Source of the DNA: Octopus bimaculoides
Taxonomy: Eukaryota
Reading direction: 5' to 3'
Assembly: GCF_001194135.2 (NCBI RefSeq)
Contig: NC_069003.1
Span: forward strand, 6,016,959 to 6,080,958
Length of the DNA stretch: 64,000 nucleotides
The position numbers and the translations under genes are program-made. Below are positions 12,324 through 25,707 of the stretch, piece by piece; within the stretch, counting starts at the first letter, position 1; every line of letters begins with the position of its first letter. The notes under the pieces were generated by a model. The model was given only the letters and a program-made list of their open reading frames with translations. It was not told the origin of the DNA and made no database searches.

Positions 12324-14804
12324 TAAATATCTACCTCCACACCATTCTCTGGAATGTTGTAGAGTTGTACTTTTGGAAAAGACTGTGTTCTTTAGTTCAG
12401 AGCACCAGATATAGTGTGTAGGTAGACAAGTAGGTGGGTGGGTGAGAAGCAGGGGAAGTTAACTTCCAGAAAGATGAACTCACAGAAGAGGGAAGATTGA
12501 AGTAAAATGGCAGGAGGAAGAGATGCTGGGGGTGGGGAACAATTATACATTAAATGGTAGTATAGGTGATAGTATAGTGCGATGGTGGTGGTGATATATG
12601 AACAATACAGGTAGTGGTATTTAGCTAACAGGTTGCGAATCACTATTAACAGAAGAAAGAGAGAAAGAATGGATAAGAGGAAGAATGAGAAAACAGAAGA
12701 CATCAGCTGTTCAGGAGGTGAACGAACTTTCAATGAGAACTATTTTCAAATATTGATTTTTCCTTCCTGGTTCTACAGACTTGCTTTGTTGGAACAAAGA
12801 TGTAGTAATATATCTATGATGTAACATTTACTGTACAGTCTCACATATGTAGTGTGTTGTCAAACTTTGAATATCTGAGATTATCCAAGCAAATGGTAAG
12901 CAAAAGCTCCCTTCCTCTCCATCAAGGATAGTTCTTTAATATTATCCTAACTCAATACAGATGGAAATCACTCCGGTAAGATTAGTTGACCATGTAATAA
13001 GTTACCTCTAACGAGCTGCTTAACAAAGTAAACAGATAATCGTTGTTATTGTTGTTCAATTCTAGGTCAGTCCTGATACAGCAGAGCTTTATGATCAAAA
13101 GTAATCCAGCTCACATGACAAATATTCACTAGAAGCTACCTGTATTCAACCATCAACAAATGGAACAAGCTTCCAAAAGGTTGTTTTGCAACCACACAGG
13201 CTCCAGGTTCAACACCCACTGCAGGGGATTTTTGGACAAGCATATTTTACCATGGTGTTAGGTTCATTAATATCTTGTGAGTAAAATATCTTGTGTGGAA
13301 AATGAGCAAAAGCTTGCGTCGTCGTCGTCGCGTCATTGTCATCCTCCTCCTCCTCCTCACCACCACCGCCGTCATCGTCATCGTCATCATCATCATCAGG
13401 CATCCGTTGGACAGTTCGGCTACAGCTGGCAAATCAGAGATCTGCACTAAATTCCAATATCAACTTTGGCATGGTTTCTATGGCTGAATGCCCTTCCTAA
13501 TGCCAACCACTCCATAGAGTGTATTGGATGCTTTTTCTATGGCACTGGTACAAGACACAAGCCCCTCATCTGAGATGGGTGCAATATTGAGGGAGGTGAC
13601 TTTATGCCAGTTAATGCAAGGCTGACATATATACAGAGGGACAGGAACTGGTGTCTGGCTGTATGTATAACTTTTTAGAGTACTTTCAAGATCAATACTC
13701 ACAAATAAATAAAGAAAGGATCTGTTAGCACAATAGTGACCCACCGCCACCACCCACTCACACACACAAACACACTCTTGACCAAAAATGTAGTGGACTT
13801 GTGGTTGGAGTCCCGTCTTTCATATCAAAATCTCCAACCCTTCCCTAGGCTTGCATAGCTCAGATAGAATTTATTGAGGTAGATTTTCTATGACAAGATG
13901 CCCTTCCTGCCACCAACCCTCACCTGTTTCCAAGTAAGACAATATTTCCTCCCAGCCAGACCTTGTTTTCACAGAATATTGGAAATGAATGACACTGCTT
14001 GTATGACAGTGACAATTATTTACAACTATATCACAATGTCAAGGAAAGAAGACACAAACATACACGGTGAGCTTCTTTTAGTTTCCATCTGCTAAATCCA
14101 TCTACAATGCTTTACTGGCCGAGGGCTATAGAAGAGGACATTGACCCAAGGAGCAACACAATGGGATTGAATCTAAAACCATGTGGTGAGAAGCAAATTT
14201 CTTAACCACACAGGTGCATGAATGAATGAATGCATGCATGTATATATGTATGAACGTATATATGACTAAACATATATGCACGTCACGGTAGATTGCACAT
14301 TTGGGTTAATAAACAAGGATAAACTTATCTGACTCACACAAACAAATAGAAACACAACAGGAATGTTTTAACAAACAAGTTGTTTGTATTTCTATCTCTC
14401 CTTCCTCGTTGTTTGGCCTATTAACTCTTAGTCATGACTAGTGCATGTGTACACATACATGCATATATGCACACATAATCATCATTTAACATCTGTGTCC
14501 CATGCTGCCATGGGTTGGGTAGTTTGAAAAGCCCTGACTAGCTGAGAGTTGTGTTGGTGGTTTCCATGGTTGGATGCCCCTTCTTATGCCAACTACTATG
14601 CAGAGTGTACCGAGTGTGTCTTTTGTGAAACCAACAATAGTGGGGGTAACCAAGTAACATGTAAAACAACACCCCTTTACCGAGTAGGGATCCAGTTTTG
14701 AAGAAGGTAATATTGGGCAAGGTGTAGAGAAGCTAAATTAGGAAAAAGATGCAGGAACAGGTGTTTTAGCTGGAGAGGAGATGCATATGTGTTTATATAC
14801 ATAG

Positions 14805-14981
14805 GTGAAAGCATGGCTGCATATTTGAGAAGTTTGCTTCCCAACCATCATGTTTTGGGTTCAGTCCTGCTGCATGATGCACTGCCAGAGTGTCTTCTAC
14901 TATAACCCCGAGACAACTAAAGTTTATGAGTGAATTTAGCAGGCAGAAATAGAAAGAAGTCCATCATACCTATATGCATGC

Positions 14982-15034
<53 letters not shown>

Positions 15035-15250
15035 GAGATCATGAAATAGTTGTAAACAAGTGTCACTGTCATATGCAGTGTCCTTCATTTTCAATCTTCA
15101 ATGCAAATATGTTCAACCAGGGGAAAATATTAGAAACAGATGAGGGTTAGCAACAGAGAGGGCATCCATACACAGAAAACCTGCTCTTCAAGAAACCAGC
15201 CTGACCTATGCAAGTACATGGAAAAGTGGATGCCAAGATAAATATGTATG
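14805..15250 (+). mobile_element. Family B SINE head with the alternative RTE-like tail (B2)
   Basis: B head and body, (TG)n linker, tail ...GGGCATCC...AGAAAACCTGC...CATGGAAAAGTGGA. Other copies at about 560-900, 3790-4110(-), 9268-9700, 13850-14215(-), 17262-17700, 20510-20855(-), 33405-33815(-), 55290-55640(-), 56895-57300. Confidence 0.8.
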
Positions 15251-15301
15251 TGTATGTATGTACATAAATATCTATGCAAACACATACATACAAATAAACT
15301 C

Positions 15302-15339
<38 letters not shown>

Positions 15340-15455
15340 CTCATGTTTTGTTTGTGACAAGCTGCTGAATAGTGCAATCAGTCACTGAACGATGACGGAA
15401 ACATCATACAAGGGCTGTCTCTCATGTCAGGTTGTAGCATCTACCTTTCCAGTCT

Positions 15456-15508
15456 CTGCTGCTGAAGAGGGGAAAAAAAAACACACCTGGAATGCATGCA
15501 TCCAACAG
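15456..15508 (+). ncRNA. Decayed hammerhead-like motif
   Basis: CTGCTG-CTGAAGA-GGGG..ACCT-GGA-ATGCATGCAT-C-CAACAG: stem I 5 of 6 bp, 10-nt palindromic stem III, AUC triplet; GAAA mutated to GGAA. Confidence 0.4.
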
Positions 15509-16150
15509 CCTGGTTAGGGAACGCTGCAAACTGACTCGATGTGTTTACACTTTTCTGTCAACAGCAAGAAATTTTCCCCAAGAGAAAATAATGGTGAATG
15601 GCTTTCTTACAGGTTTGAATATGTTTCAAGCATATTTAAACTGCTAACAAATATTTATACAAATACATACATACACATTTATACATGCATGTGTGTGTGG
15701 TGTATGCATGTTGCTTCCATGTGCTGTTAATACTGATTGAATAAAAGGGATGTCCTTGTTTACATTCTCTGGTTAGCAAAAGTGCTATAGTTTTTACAGC
15801 TTCATTGCTTTCCATGTGCATGGGACCAGTCGGATGAAAACAGCTTTACTTAGAAAACAGGTAATACACTGCCTTTGCATCAATTAATTTTGAAAATAAT
15901 GAAGAATTTAGTAACATAAATTAGTCATTATCAAGCTGGTGAACGGAACAAATTAGCATAAAATTTTAATGGGAAATTGTAATTTAAACAATTTTAAAAC
16001 AAGGTTTGTTTGTTTTATCTCAAAACTAAGGATGGCCTTAGGTTGGTTGGTTTCAAAAGGGTTGACATAATGTGTGTGTATTTATTTGCATGTGTGTGTA
16101 TGTATATACCTGTATATGTATGTACCACATGTAAATACCTATCTATAGGA

Positions 16151-16158
<8 letters not shown>

Positions 16159-16215
<57 letters not shown>

Positions 16216-16231
16216 AATACATATATATAAT
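16159..16231. repeat. (TA)n microsatellite, representative of very many (TA)n, (CA/TG)n, (GA/TC)n and triplet tracts
   Basis: Seen directly; other long tracts at about 1380-1530, 7005-7046, 14985-15032, 24606-24646, 40660-40790. Confidence 0.95.
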
Positions 16232-16434
16232 ATATAAAATTTCTAATCAGTAAATTGCCTGTGATTTTTCTATTGATTTGTTTGAATGTCTACAAAAGTG
16301 TTTTAATGACAATGTATACATGCGAATGTGTGTTGTGAGTGTCTGTAGAAATGTGCTTCATTGACAAATGTGCACATTGGTACATGTGTATTTTATACAT
16401 AGATAAATGTGTATGTGTGTGTGTAGAGAGAGAA

Positions 16435-16473
<39 letters not shown>

Positions 16474-16585
16474 ACGCACACACACACACACACGATAATA
16501 TGCACATTATCAGAGAAACACTTTTGTATGCACCCACACATTCACATGTGCACACTGTCACTCAAGAGCCTTTGTAGACACTCAC

Positions 16586-16786
16586 ACTAATCAACAGAAA
16601 AATCACAGGCAATTTACTGATTAGAAATATAGTCAGGAAGGGGTTAATTACTGGGGTCAACAGCCTCTCCTTCTTTGTCCACCTCTTCTTCATGACTAGA
16701 AGAGAACAAGTCGTCATTACATCAATGTCACCATCGTTACCGCCGCCACTGCCACTACTGTCACCATCAACTTTTTGAAATCCCAT
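16586..16786 (-). CDS. Candidate first coding exon (signal-peptide or signal-anchor-like)
   Basis: ATG at 16786, 67 open codons MGFQKVDGDSSGSGGG...MKKRWTKKERLLTPVINPFLTIFLISKLPVIFLLIS then a GTGAGT donor (16585-16580); local CpG enrichment at about 16710-17010. No homology evidence. Confidence 0.3.
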
Positions 16787-18469
16787 TGCAATCAGTGAGA
16801 GAGAGAGAGAGAGAGAGAAAAACACACCCACACACAGTCACATTGTACATGTTTACTAATCTTCCTCCTCCAAGAGAGTTCACACACCGTTTACAATCAA
16901 AGTTGGAATCTGGGAGAAAAAGCCACGCTTCTATCTTCGCTAATCTAATAACGCTTTAAACCATTTCAGCAGATAATGTCATTTTAGCTTCTTGTTTTAA
17001 CGAGGAAATACAGACAGTAATCAGTAATTTTCAGTGGATTATTTATAACTATGAGATGAGGAATTCTGATTTAGTGGGAAGGGAGGTTGGGGGTATTACT
17101 TGTGATGGAGCTTATAACCAAAGAATCAATGATGGGAGAAAGATATCTCTGGGTAGAGATAGAATACCTGGCTTCTATGATTGATGGATAGAGTCAGATT
17201 CTTGGAAGATAACAAGAAAACAGGAATAATTTTCAGAAAAACATTGATTCTGCAGGCTTGTTTTATCATTTAATAATAAGCAAAGGTATGGTTGTATGTT
17301 TAAGAAGCTTGCCACTTAACAATGTCTTGGGTTCAATCCCACCATGTTGCACTTTGGACAAGTGGTTTTTTTTTTTGTTTTTTAAATATTATAACCCCAA
17401 GTCTACCAATAACCCAGTGAATGGATTCAGTAGATGGAAACTAGAAGTAGTCCGACGTGTGTGCACGAGTATCTTTGTCTTGATATCATGAGATGGTGGT
17501 AAATGAGCATTATCATCATACAAGCAATTTTGTTCATTTCTTGTCTCCAATGAAAAATGTTTTGCCATGGGGAAATATCACCTTGCTTGGAAATAGATAA
17601 AGACAGATGATGCAAAAGACACCTGGCTATAGAAAATCTGCCTCAACAAATTCTGCTTTACCCACACAAGCATGGGGAAATGGATGCCAAATGATGATTT
17701 CTAACACAGGCAAAAGGGCTAGACTCAAGACACAACCAGTATAGTCAACTGAATTGACAGATGCTTGCTTTATCAACTCTGGACTGGAACTCAGAAAATC
17801 AGGGGCCGTAAGTAAATATTGCCAAGAAGGTATTTGGTCCAATCCTCTAATCTGTTTTACCAACCCTCCACTCTTGATTTCTAACACTAAGGTACGAGAC
17901 CTCAAACCCAGGGAGTGCAGCATAGTCTTCTATTTTTTACTTGTTTCAGTCATTGTACTGCGGCCATGCTGGGGTTTTAGTTGAACAAAGTGACCACCAG
18001 TACTTAATTCTTTAAAGTTTGGTATCTATTCTATCAGTCTCTATTGCTGTACCACTAAGGGGGTTATATACAGACTTACATTGGTTGTCAAGTGATGGTG
18101 GTAGTAATGGGGGCACACACACACACACACATACAGGCTTCAACAGTTTCTATTTACCAATTTCACTTACAAGAAATTGGTTAGCCAGGTGCTATAGAAG
18201 AAGACACTTGCCCAAGGTGCCACACATGGAGACTGAACTCAAAACCACAACACAGCCTTGACTTTCCTTACAGAGTAGGAGTCTACTGACAAGTGACAAC
18301 AATGACCAGAACAGAACATCTCTTCAAATAGGAGCTAACCTGTTTATTCAACCGGCAAGAAATAGCAACCAAATCTCACTTGAATCGCATCCTACTGGTT
18401 TGAGAAAGGACAATTACAAATCTAGTCCTAAATATACATGTTTGAATGAAAGTTACGTGGGCTGGTTAG

Positions 18470-18720
18470 TTCTACAACCACCACTACTAACAACTACAAC
18501 CATTAATTACTACTTCAGCCACTACTAACTACTACTATAGTCACCATTATTAACTACAGCCAAGCACTGCTGCTAACTACCACAACTATTACTACTAAAC
18601 TACTCCAAAAACTATTTCAGCCCCTACTATAAACTACTACAACCACTGGTACTAATGACTTTGACCCCTGACTACTAACTACTATGGAAACCACTCTATC
18701 ACCCTCTACTAATTACTGTT
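18470..18720. repeat. Degenerate (ACT)n-type low-complexity tract (continues at about 19140-19200 and 19640-19740)
   Basis: Runs of ACTACT/ACCACT visible directly. Confidence 0.8.
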
Positions 18721-19294
18721 GCAACGTGCCCTTTGTTGTACAGGGACAGTTCGACAGTGCTCTTGTCAATAGCAATGTGTACATGCATGGACAAGACACT
18801 GTCTCTAATAGGTAAACTTAAAGACAGTACCAGCATTTTATCATGGCTGGTGCCATGCCACAAAGGGAGATGCATTAAAGACCAACATGGTCAGTTGAAG
18901 TAAGTTCTGTTTGACTGCCTCACATGCACATCAAGGAGATGCTCATGATGTCTCTCTCACCCAACCAGGAGGGGTCTTCCATCCAAGACTCCCGGATTTT
19001 TAATGTGGATTGAACCACAGTCTACAACCAGAGACCCGATGAGCTTGGATCATCTGTGTGAGCCAAGAGGCAGCCTTGCTATGGAGTGGGCATCTCATAA
19101 CCACAGAGAAACACATCAGACTAAGCTGAGTAGTGGTTTGCACTACTAAATTTTATAAACCATCGCTACTAATGAATACCTCTCACTCTACCATTGACTA
19201 TGAGTCAGAAAGTAATGCAAATAAAAACTGCTTTGTTTTCTGACTCACCCCTGTACAAAAACTACCACAGAACCCACCAACCATCTTACTATAA

Positions 19295-19637
19295 CAGCGG
19301 CTCTCAACCAGGTCCATAAAAAAATTTTGGGAGTCCATGCAAGCAAAATAGAAAATTGGGGATCTACAGTAGAATATTAAGGGTCCATGAAAACGTTTGA
19401 TTTAGTTATATTTATTTTAGGAAAACAGCTAAATTTCCTTCTCAAACATTTTACATAGTTCAACCTACACAAGTTAATGTGCAGAAAACAAAATAGGAAT
19501 TTTAAAAGAAATATCTATAAAACTAGCTATTAAACACTGAATGGTTATGGGGGTCCACCAGAACAGAATAGTAATTAAAGAGGTCCATAGGTAAAAAATT
19601 TAAAAAAAAAATTTTTTTTAATGATTGAGAACCACTG
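19295..19637. mobile_element. hAT-superfamily MITE (related family)
   Basis: TIRs CAGCGGCTCTCAACC / GATTGAGAACCACTG; 8-bp TSD TACTATAA / TACAATAA (7 of 8); repeated GGTCCA motifs. Confidence 0.85.
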
Positions 19638-20261
19638 TACAATAATCACTATTTACTACTAAAATCATCAATACTAATTATTTACTATTACAACTAACAC
19701 TACTGACCACCAAAGCTTTTATAACCAACAACTAAAATAGCTGCTGCAGTGTATGTGTGTGTGTGTATGAGAGTTCGTCTGTGCGTAAACATATCACACT
19801 CACATTAACGTAGCTAATTGTGCCTTCCATATTATTCATATCTCAGCCAGCATGTAAACATACTTAACAGTGCAGGACCACATAACTTGATCCAAATAAC
19901 TCAATACAAAAGAAAATATTTTAAAAATTAAATGAATAAATAAATAAAAATTTTGCTTAACCCACTTGACAACAAACGGCCCACCTTTGGCTCTTTCATA
20001 CAGTTAAATGTGTTGTTTTTGAAGAGTTCATATTGAAGTTAAAAACCTCCCGCCTTGGTGTTACAAAACACTTTCTTTTTTGTTTAGGAATATTCTAGTA
20101 ATTTGCTAGTTAGTTAGTGAGGTGGGGGGAAATACCTTTGATGTCATGAAAGTTTAGTGCATAAAATGTTTACATACACTAAAAAGCAAACATAAAATAC
20201 ATATGTACACTCTTATACACATATGTTGATGCACACACATATATACACACATACAAATATA

Positions 20262-20305
<44 letters not shown>

Positions 20306-21078
20306 TACATAAATGTATAATACAAACACACATAGCCAAAGCAACAACTATATACACTATCATTACCATCATCACTTTAACATCCACTTTTTCCATGCTT
20401 ACACAAATCAGGAAAAATCAAAGGCCAGGCAGGTGTTCATGGAAGGCTGCAAATGGATGATGTCACTTCTATGAAATGCATGCATAGGTTGGATAAAGCT
20501 TACTGAGGCAGACAGACTTTTAACAGCTGGATGCCCTTCCTGTTGCTAACCCTTGTTTCCAAGCAAGGTAATATTATTTCCTCACGACAAGACGTTAACA
20601 CGGAAGATTGGAAATGAAGGATACTACTTGCATGGCGGTGACATTGCCTTACAATAAACATCATGATGCCAAAGCAAGGAGACAGGAACACACATATACG
20701 TGAGGGGCTTCTTTTAGTTTCCATCTATCAAATTGACTCACAAAGCTTTGGTCAGCGCAGGGCTCTAGTGGAAAACACTCACCCAAATTGCTACCCAGTG
20801 AGACTGGACTCAAAACCTTGTGGTTGGGAGATAAACTTTTTATCACACAGCAGCACTTTGTGAATGAAATACAGGAGTAACTGGAAGGAAATCCAGTACA
20901 ACTGTTCCTACAAATGGAGTTGTCTGTTAGCTACCTTCCAGGACAAGGAGGGGGAAAATAAAATTACCTTGATTGGAAATGGATGAGGGTTGGCAACAAG
21001 AAGAGATACACCTGTAAAAAAAATAGGTCACAACAAAGTTTTGCTGATTCATACAAGCACAGAATAGGAGGCATTTAA

Positions 21079-21540
21079 CCCTTTAGCATTCAGATTATTT
21101 TGTCAAATGTAATGTTTGTTTATTTGCACTGATTTGAATTAATTATGCATTATCTCGTTTAGATTTCAATGGGTTTTATTCATTTACATGTTTCAGTCAT
21201 CTGACTGCAGCCATGCTAGAGCACCACCTATTTGTTCATTTTTAAAATGACATTGTAGGATAGGTGCAAGAGACTGAATCTGTCCAGTTTTAACATAAAA
21301 CAAGAATATCTGAGCTGGATAAAGCTGGTTTTATTAAATTACTCTGTCAAATGTAATGTTTATTTATTCACATTGTTTTGAATTAAATCATGCATTATCT
21401 CATTAAGATTTCAATAATGTGATTGCTTATTTTTAGAATGACATTATAGACCAGGTGTGAGCGGTTGGATCTGGCCAGTTTTAACATAAAAAACAAGTAG
21501 AATATTTGAGCTGGATACAGCTGGTTTAAATGCCAAAGGA
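21079..21540 (+). mobile_element. TTAA-flanked (piggyBac-like) MITE with an internal ~210-bp tandem duplication
   Basis: TTAA|CCCTTTAGCATT ... AATGCCAAAGGA|TTAA; body present twice head-to-tail; ends about 80 bp from the Ig exon donor. Confidence 0.8.
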
Positions 21541-21620
21541 TTAAGATGTTGATGACAGACAACATAAAAATAAACCAAAAACAAGATGGCTAAAGAAGTC
21601 CAGAAGGTGCAACAACTTAC

Positions 21621-21944
21621 CTGCAATAAGTAATATGATCCGTGTGGCAAGTACGGTCCCATAATCATTCTTCACGTAGCAATCATAAACCCCTTCATCA
21701 TTCCGTTTCTTCCCTTTTTTCCGTCTGTTCAAAACTTGCCGAAAAAACAAGGTGTGATTCTGTAAGACGGAAATTCTACCTCGAGGTATAATTGTATTCT
21801 CATTCTTCTTCCATACGACAGACCTTGTGTGGACTGTTGACGACACAGAGCAATTTAGAACCAATGGGCTATTTGACTGTGCTATCACTGTGTAAGGTTG
21901 TTTGATGATTTCAATACCCGGTTGTATTTCATATCCCAGACCAT
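21621..21944 (-). CDS. Internal coding exon encoding one I-set Ig domain, probably Ig1 of a DCC/neogenin/protogenin (IGDCC)-family receptor
   Basis: Polypyrimidine tract plus AG acceptor (ttttctctttgcatctAG, 21946-21945) and GTAAGT donor (21620-21615); 324 nt, phase 1-1, open. Translation (D)GLGYEIQPGIEIIKQPYTVIAQSNSPLVLNCSV...VVWKKNE...RISVLQNHTLFFRQV...NDEGVYDCYVKNDYGTVLATRIILLIA(G) has the B-strand Cys, C-strand Trp and DEGxYxC motif. The pattern resembles protogenin (RIEVLSNGSLYI...SDEGFYQC) and DCC/neogenin Ig1 ending VAG, from memory. Exact orthology not assignable from one exon. Confidence 0.9.
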
Positions 21945-22236
21945 CTAGATGCAAAGAGAAATGAGAAAAAATTTTATTAATTTATATATGCACATATTGT
22001 GTAGCATTTAATCATATATTGGATAACAAATACACATGGACATAAACAGGCAAGGTGTCATATAAATATTTAGATTTTAACTATACACAAACAGACAAAC
22101 ATGTGTGTGTGTGATGACATGGACTGCAACAATATTAAATCTAAGGACCAGTGCTAATGGTTGGAAAATGGAGGTGGATTGAAGGAAGAACTCATGTTTC
22201 CAAATTAAATGACAATAATAAATCTATACCTTAACC

Positions 22237-22472
22237 CAGTGATTCTCAACCATTTTTTTTTTTGGCTATGGACCCCCGTTGATTCCTATTTTACTAAACT
22301 GGACCCCCAGAACCACACAATTTTTATAATTAAATATTAGGAATTGTATAAAAAAAAATTGCTATAATATTTTATGTGTTACAGAAGTACAACCAATTTA
22401 TTGCAGAAAAATTTTAACAAAATCTTATATGGAACCTCTAATTGTCACATGGACCCTGGTTGAGAACTACTG
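22237..22472. mobile_element. hAT-superfamily MITE
   Basis: TIRs CAGTGATTCTCAACC / GGTTGAGAACTACTG; perfect 8-bp TSD CCTTAACC (22229-22236, 22473-22480); subterminal GGACCC motifs. Confidence 0.92.
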
Positions 22473-24602
22473 CCTTAACCTATGGCATGGATTTGTTGGT
22501 ACCTTAAGGGCCATATAGAGCAGGTTGATGAATAGAAGGGTCAAAAATATGAAGGACTTAGGGATTCATCTATGGATTATGACAGTGTACAGTGCCTCCA
22601 AAGGAAGGAAGATGTCATAGGTTTGTAGCTAGGCCCATAATCTCCTCTTTCGCAGGCAGAAAGTAAAAAAAGGATAATAAAACACAGATATGCAAACTGC
22701 AGAGGAGTGTAGGAAAAGCTTTGTCAAGGACAAAATAGAAATATGTGAAAAGAGGGATAGTGGTTAGGGCTTTACAAGCACAATTGGGCAGTGTATTGTG
22801 TTGTTGAACAAAACACTTCGTTTCATGTGGTTCCAGTTCACTCAGCTGGCAAAAATGAGTCGCAGCAATCGCTAGGAAGTTAACCCTACAACAAACTAGC
22901 ATCCTGATCAGGGATTTAGTGTAATCGCAGATGCTAATACACCATGGAAACTAGGCTAAGCCTTGGTCTCACAAGTTCTATGGCTCATGAGAAATTTAAA
23001 AAATAAGTGAAAGAAAGACAAATTCTCAAATGTATAGTAAAACAAAATAGTTGCTGTGAGGTTGGAGTGAAAACAGCTGTACCCAGTGTAGTAGTTACAT
23101 GGGCAACAGAACAAGAAGTGTGTAATAGTATCCACTAAATGAACTCTTAACATTCCATCATAGAATCAATGCTGCAAGGGACTGCTGTAGGGAATGACAC
23201 TATCAGAAACTCCTGAAATAATTATCTCCAGTTGACAAATTGACAAAGTGTATGTAACACACACATACACATACATATGTGTGAACATGTATCAGGGTGA
23301 ATTAGGATGTGGTTAGTAAAACTGAGCAGATGGTGGGTCAAAGACACAAGAGTAGTGGTTGCCCACAGAGTGGAGCTGAGGTAATTGATACTGTAGAGGT
23401 GGAGAAGAAAGGTGGTGCTTCACATTGTGGCACCAGGAGAACATGTGGTGGTAACTTCACACACCAGTGAATAGGAATGTTCTTCATGATACACTCTTCT
23501 GTTACCTTTGGACAATAATGGTTTTAATTTAATTTTATTTAAGGAGAAGAAGAAAGCACATGAGGCAGAGTTCATTACTTTACAGGCAACCTACTTTTAT
23601 CTCTTACTCATTTCAGTAACTGAACTGCAACCACTCTTGGGTGCCACCTTGAAAAATTTAGCTGAACAAAATTGACCCCCNNNNNNNNNNCCCCCCCCCC
23701 ATGTTTCCCCTTCCCACCTATTTCTAGGTCTGATACTTGTTCTATCAGCTGCTTTTGCAGAAATGTTAAGTTATGAGGACATAAACAAACCAACACCAGT
23801 CATCAAGAGTCGGTGGGGTAACAAACAAAGACACACATATAAATATACAATGGGTTTCCACACAGTTTCCATCTACTAAATTCACTCACAAGACAACGGT
23901 TAGCCTGGGCCTATAGTAGAAGACACTTGCCCCATGATGCCACGCAGTGGGACTGAACCTGAAACCAAGTGAAGCTTCTTAACTACACGGTGATGCCTGC
24001 ATCTAAACCAACTATTTTACCAAATGGATCAGACTAACTGTTACTGTTGTTTAACCCCAGGTCAACCCTGGTTGAGCAGTCCTATAATTAAAGCTATTCT
24101 CACCATGCCCACCCTCCCTTATAAGACAGTTTACTGCTGACTGCTTTATCCCATGTGTTCATCCTTTTTTAATATATGGCCCAGCGAGTGCGATGTGAGA
24201 GACATTTAGCTGTTATATCCAGTGACTGGAGCATTATACAGAGACTCCCTCATTGGCTCACCTATGGGGTCACACAAGTTCTTTAACCTGATTTAAGCTT
24301 AGACTTTTTGTTTACTTGATGAAACATGCCAATGGGTGTGTTTTGTGTGTGTATGTATGTGTGTGTTATTGTTGTGAGTTTATGCTTATGGGAAGGTGGT
24401 GTATGTGTGTTAGTGTGAACATATGTAAAGACAGAGAGGGAGTATGCACTGTACACTTGTTATGAAGGTGGTGGTGGTGGTGGTGGTGAACTACCAAACT
24501 GTGATATTTCAACGAAGTCAATTAACAAAAGACTAACGAGAACATGATTTCATTATAAAACACAGGTCGAAGCTGTCAATAGGGAGTTGGAGTTGTGATT
24601 AA

Positions 24603-24649
<47 letters not shown>

Positions 24650-25199
24650 AGTGCTGTTTGATATAAATATGTGCATATATACACTAATCTATATTATACA
24701 ATAAATGTAGGTCATCAAAGAGGTATGTGGCCTTAATTATGTATGAATATGTATGTGTGTGTGTGTGGGCATGTGTGTTGTGATGAATATCTATATGCGA
24801 GATATACATGCACATAAAAAAATGTAGGTTATCGTATACACACGAGGTGGCAATTAGGTACACACGCTTATACATTACAAACATGCTTATATATATATAT
24901 ATATATATATATAGATAGATAGATATAATACACACACAAGCATATATATTTATAGAGAAAGAGAGAGACACAAACACATGCGTACATACACATTAAATAT
25001 GTAGTGTGCGTATGCATGTATTTGTCTGTGGTGGGGTGGGGTGCAAGAGAGAATTGTATGTCAAAACACATCAATTTAGGTTACCAAATTGATTTTTTTT
25101 TTTTTAGTTGAAGAAAATAAATAATGGAAGGTAATTACTGTATTAGGAGTGATTAGACATAGGTGAAGTGCAATGTGTATGTCTGTATGTGTGTGTATT

Positions 25200-25234
<35 letters not shown>

Positions 25235-25673
25235 NNNNNNNNNNNNNNNNNNNNNNNNNNNNNNNNNNNNNNNNNNNNNNNNNNNNNNNNNNNNNNNNNN
25301 NNNNNNNNNNNNNNNNNNNNNNNNNNNNNNNNNNNNNNNNNNNNNNNNNNNNNNNNNNNNNNNNNNNNNNNNNNNNNNNNNNNNNNNNNNNNNNNNNNNN
25401 NNNNNNNNNNNNNNNNNNNNNNNNNNNNNNNNNNNNNNNNNNNNNNNNNNNNNNNNNNNNNNNNNNNNNNNNNNNNNNNNNNNNNNNNNNNNNNNNNNNN
25501 NNNNNNNNNNNNNNNNNNNNNNNNNNNNNNNNNNNNNNNNNNNNNNNNNNNNNNNNNNNNNNNNNNNNNNNNNNNNNNNNNNNNNNNNNNNNNNNNNNNN
25601 NNNNNNNNNNNNNNNNNNNNNNNNNNNNNNNNNNNNNNNNNNNNNNNNNNNNNNNNNNNNNNNNNNNNNNNNN
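25235..25673. other. Assembly gap (others: 19-199, 23681-23690, 28877-28982, 47148-47157, 48609-48618, 50377-50508, 53849-54309, 61916-61991, 62635-63078)
   Basis: N runs, most flanked by (TA)n or other simple repeats. Confidence 0.99.
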
Positions 25674-25707
<34 letters not shown>

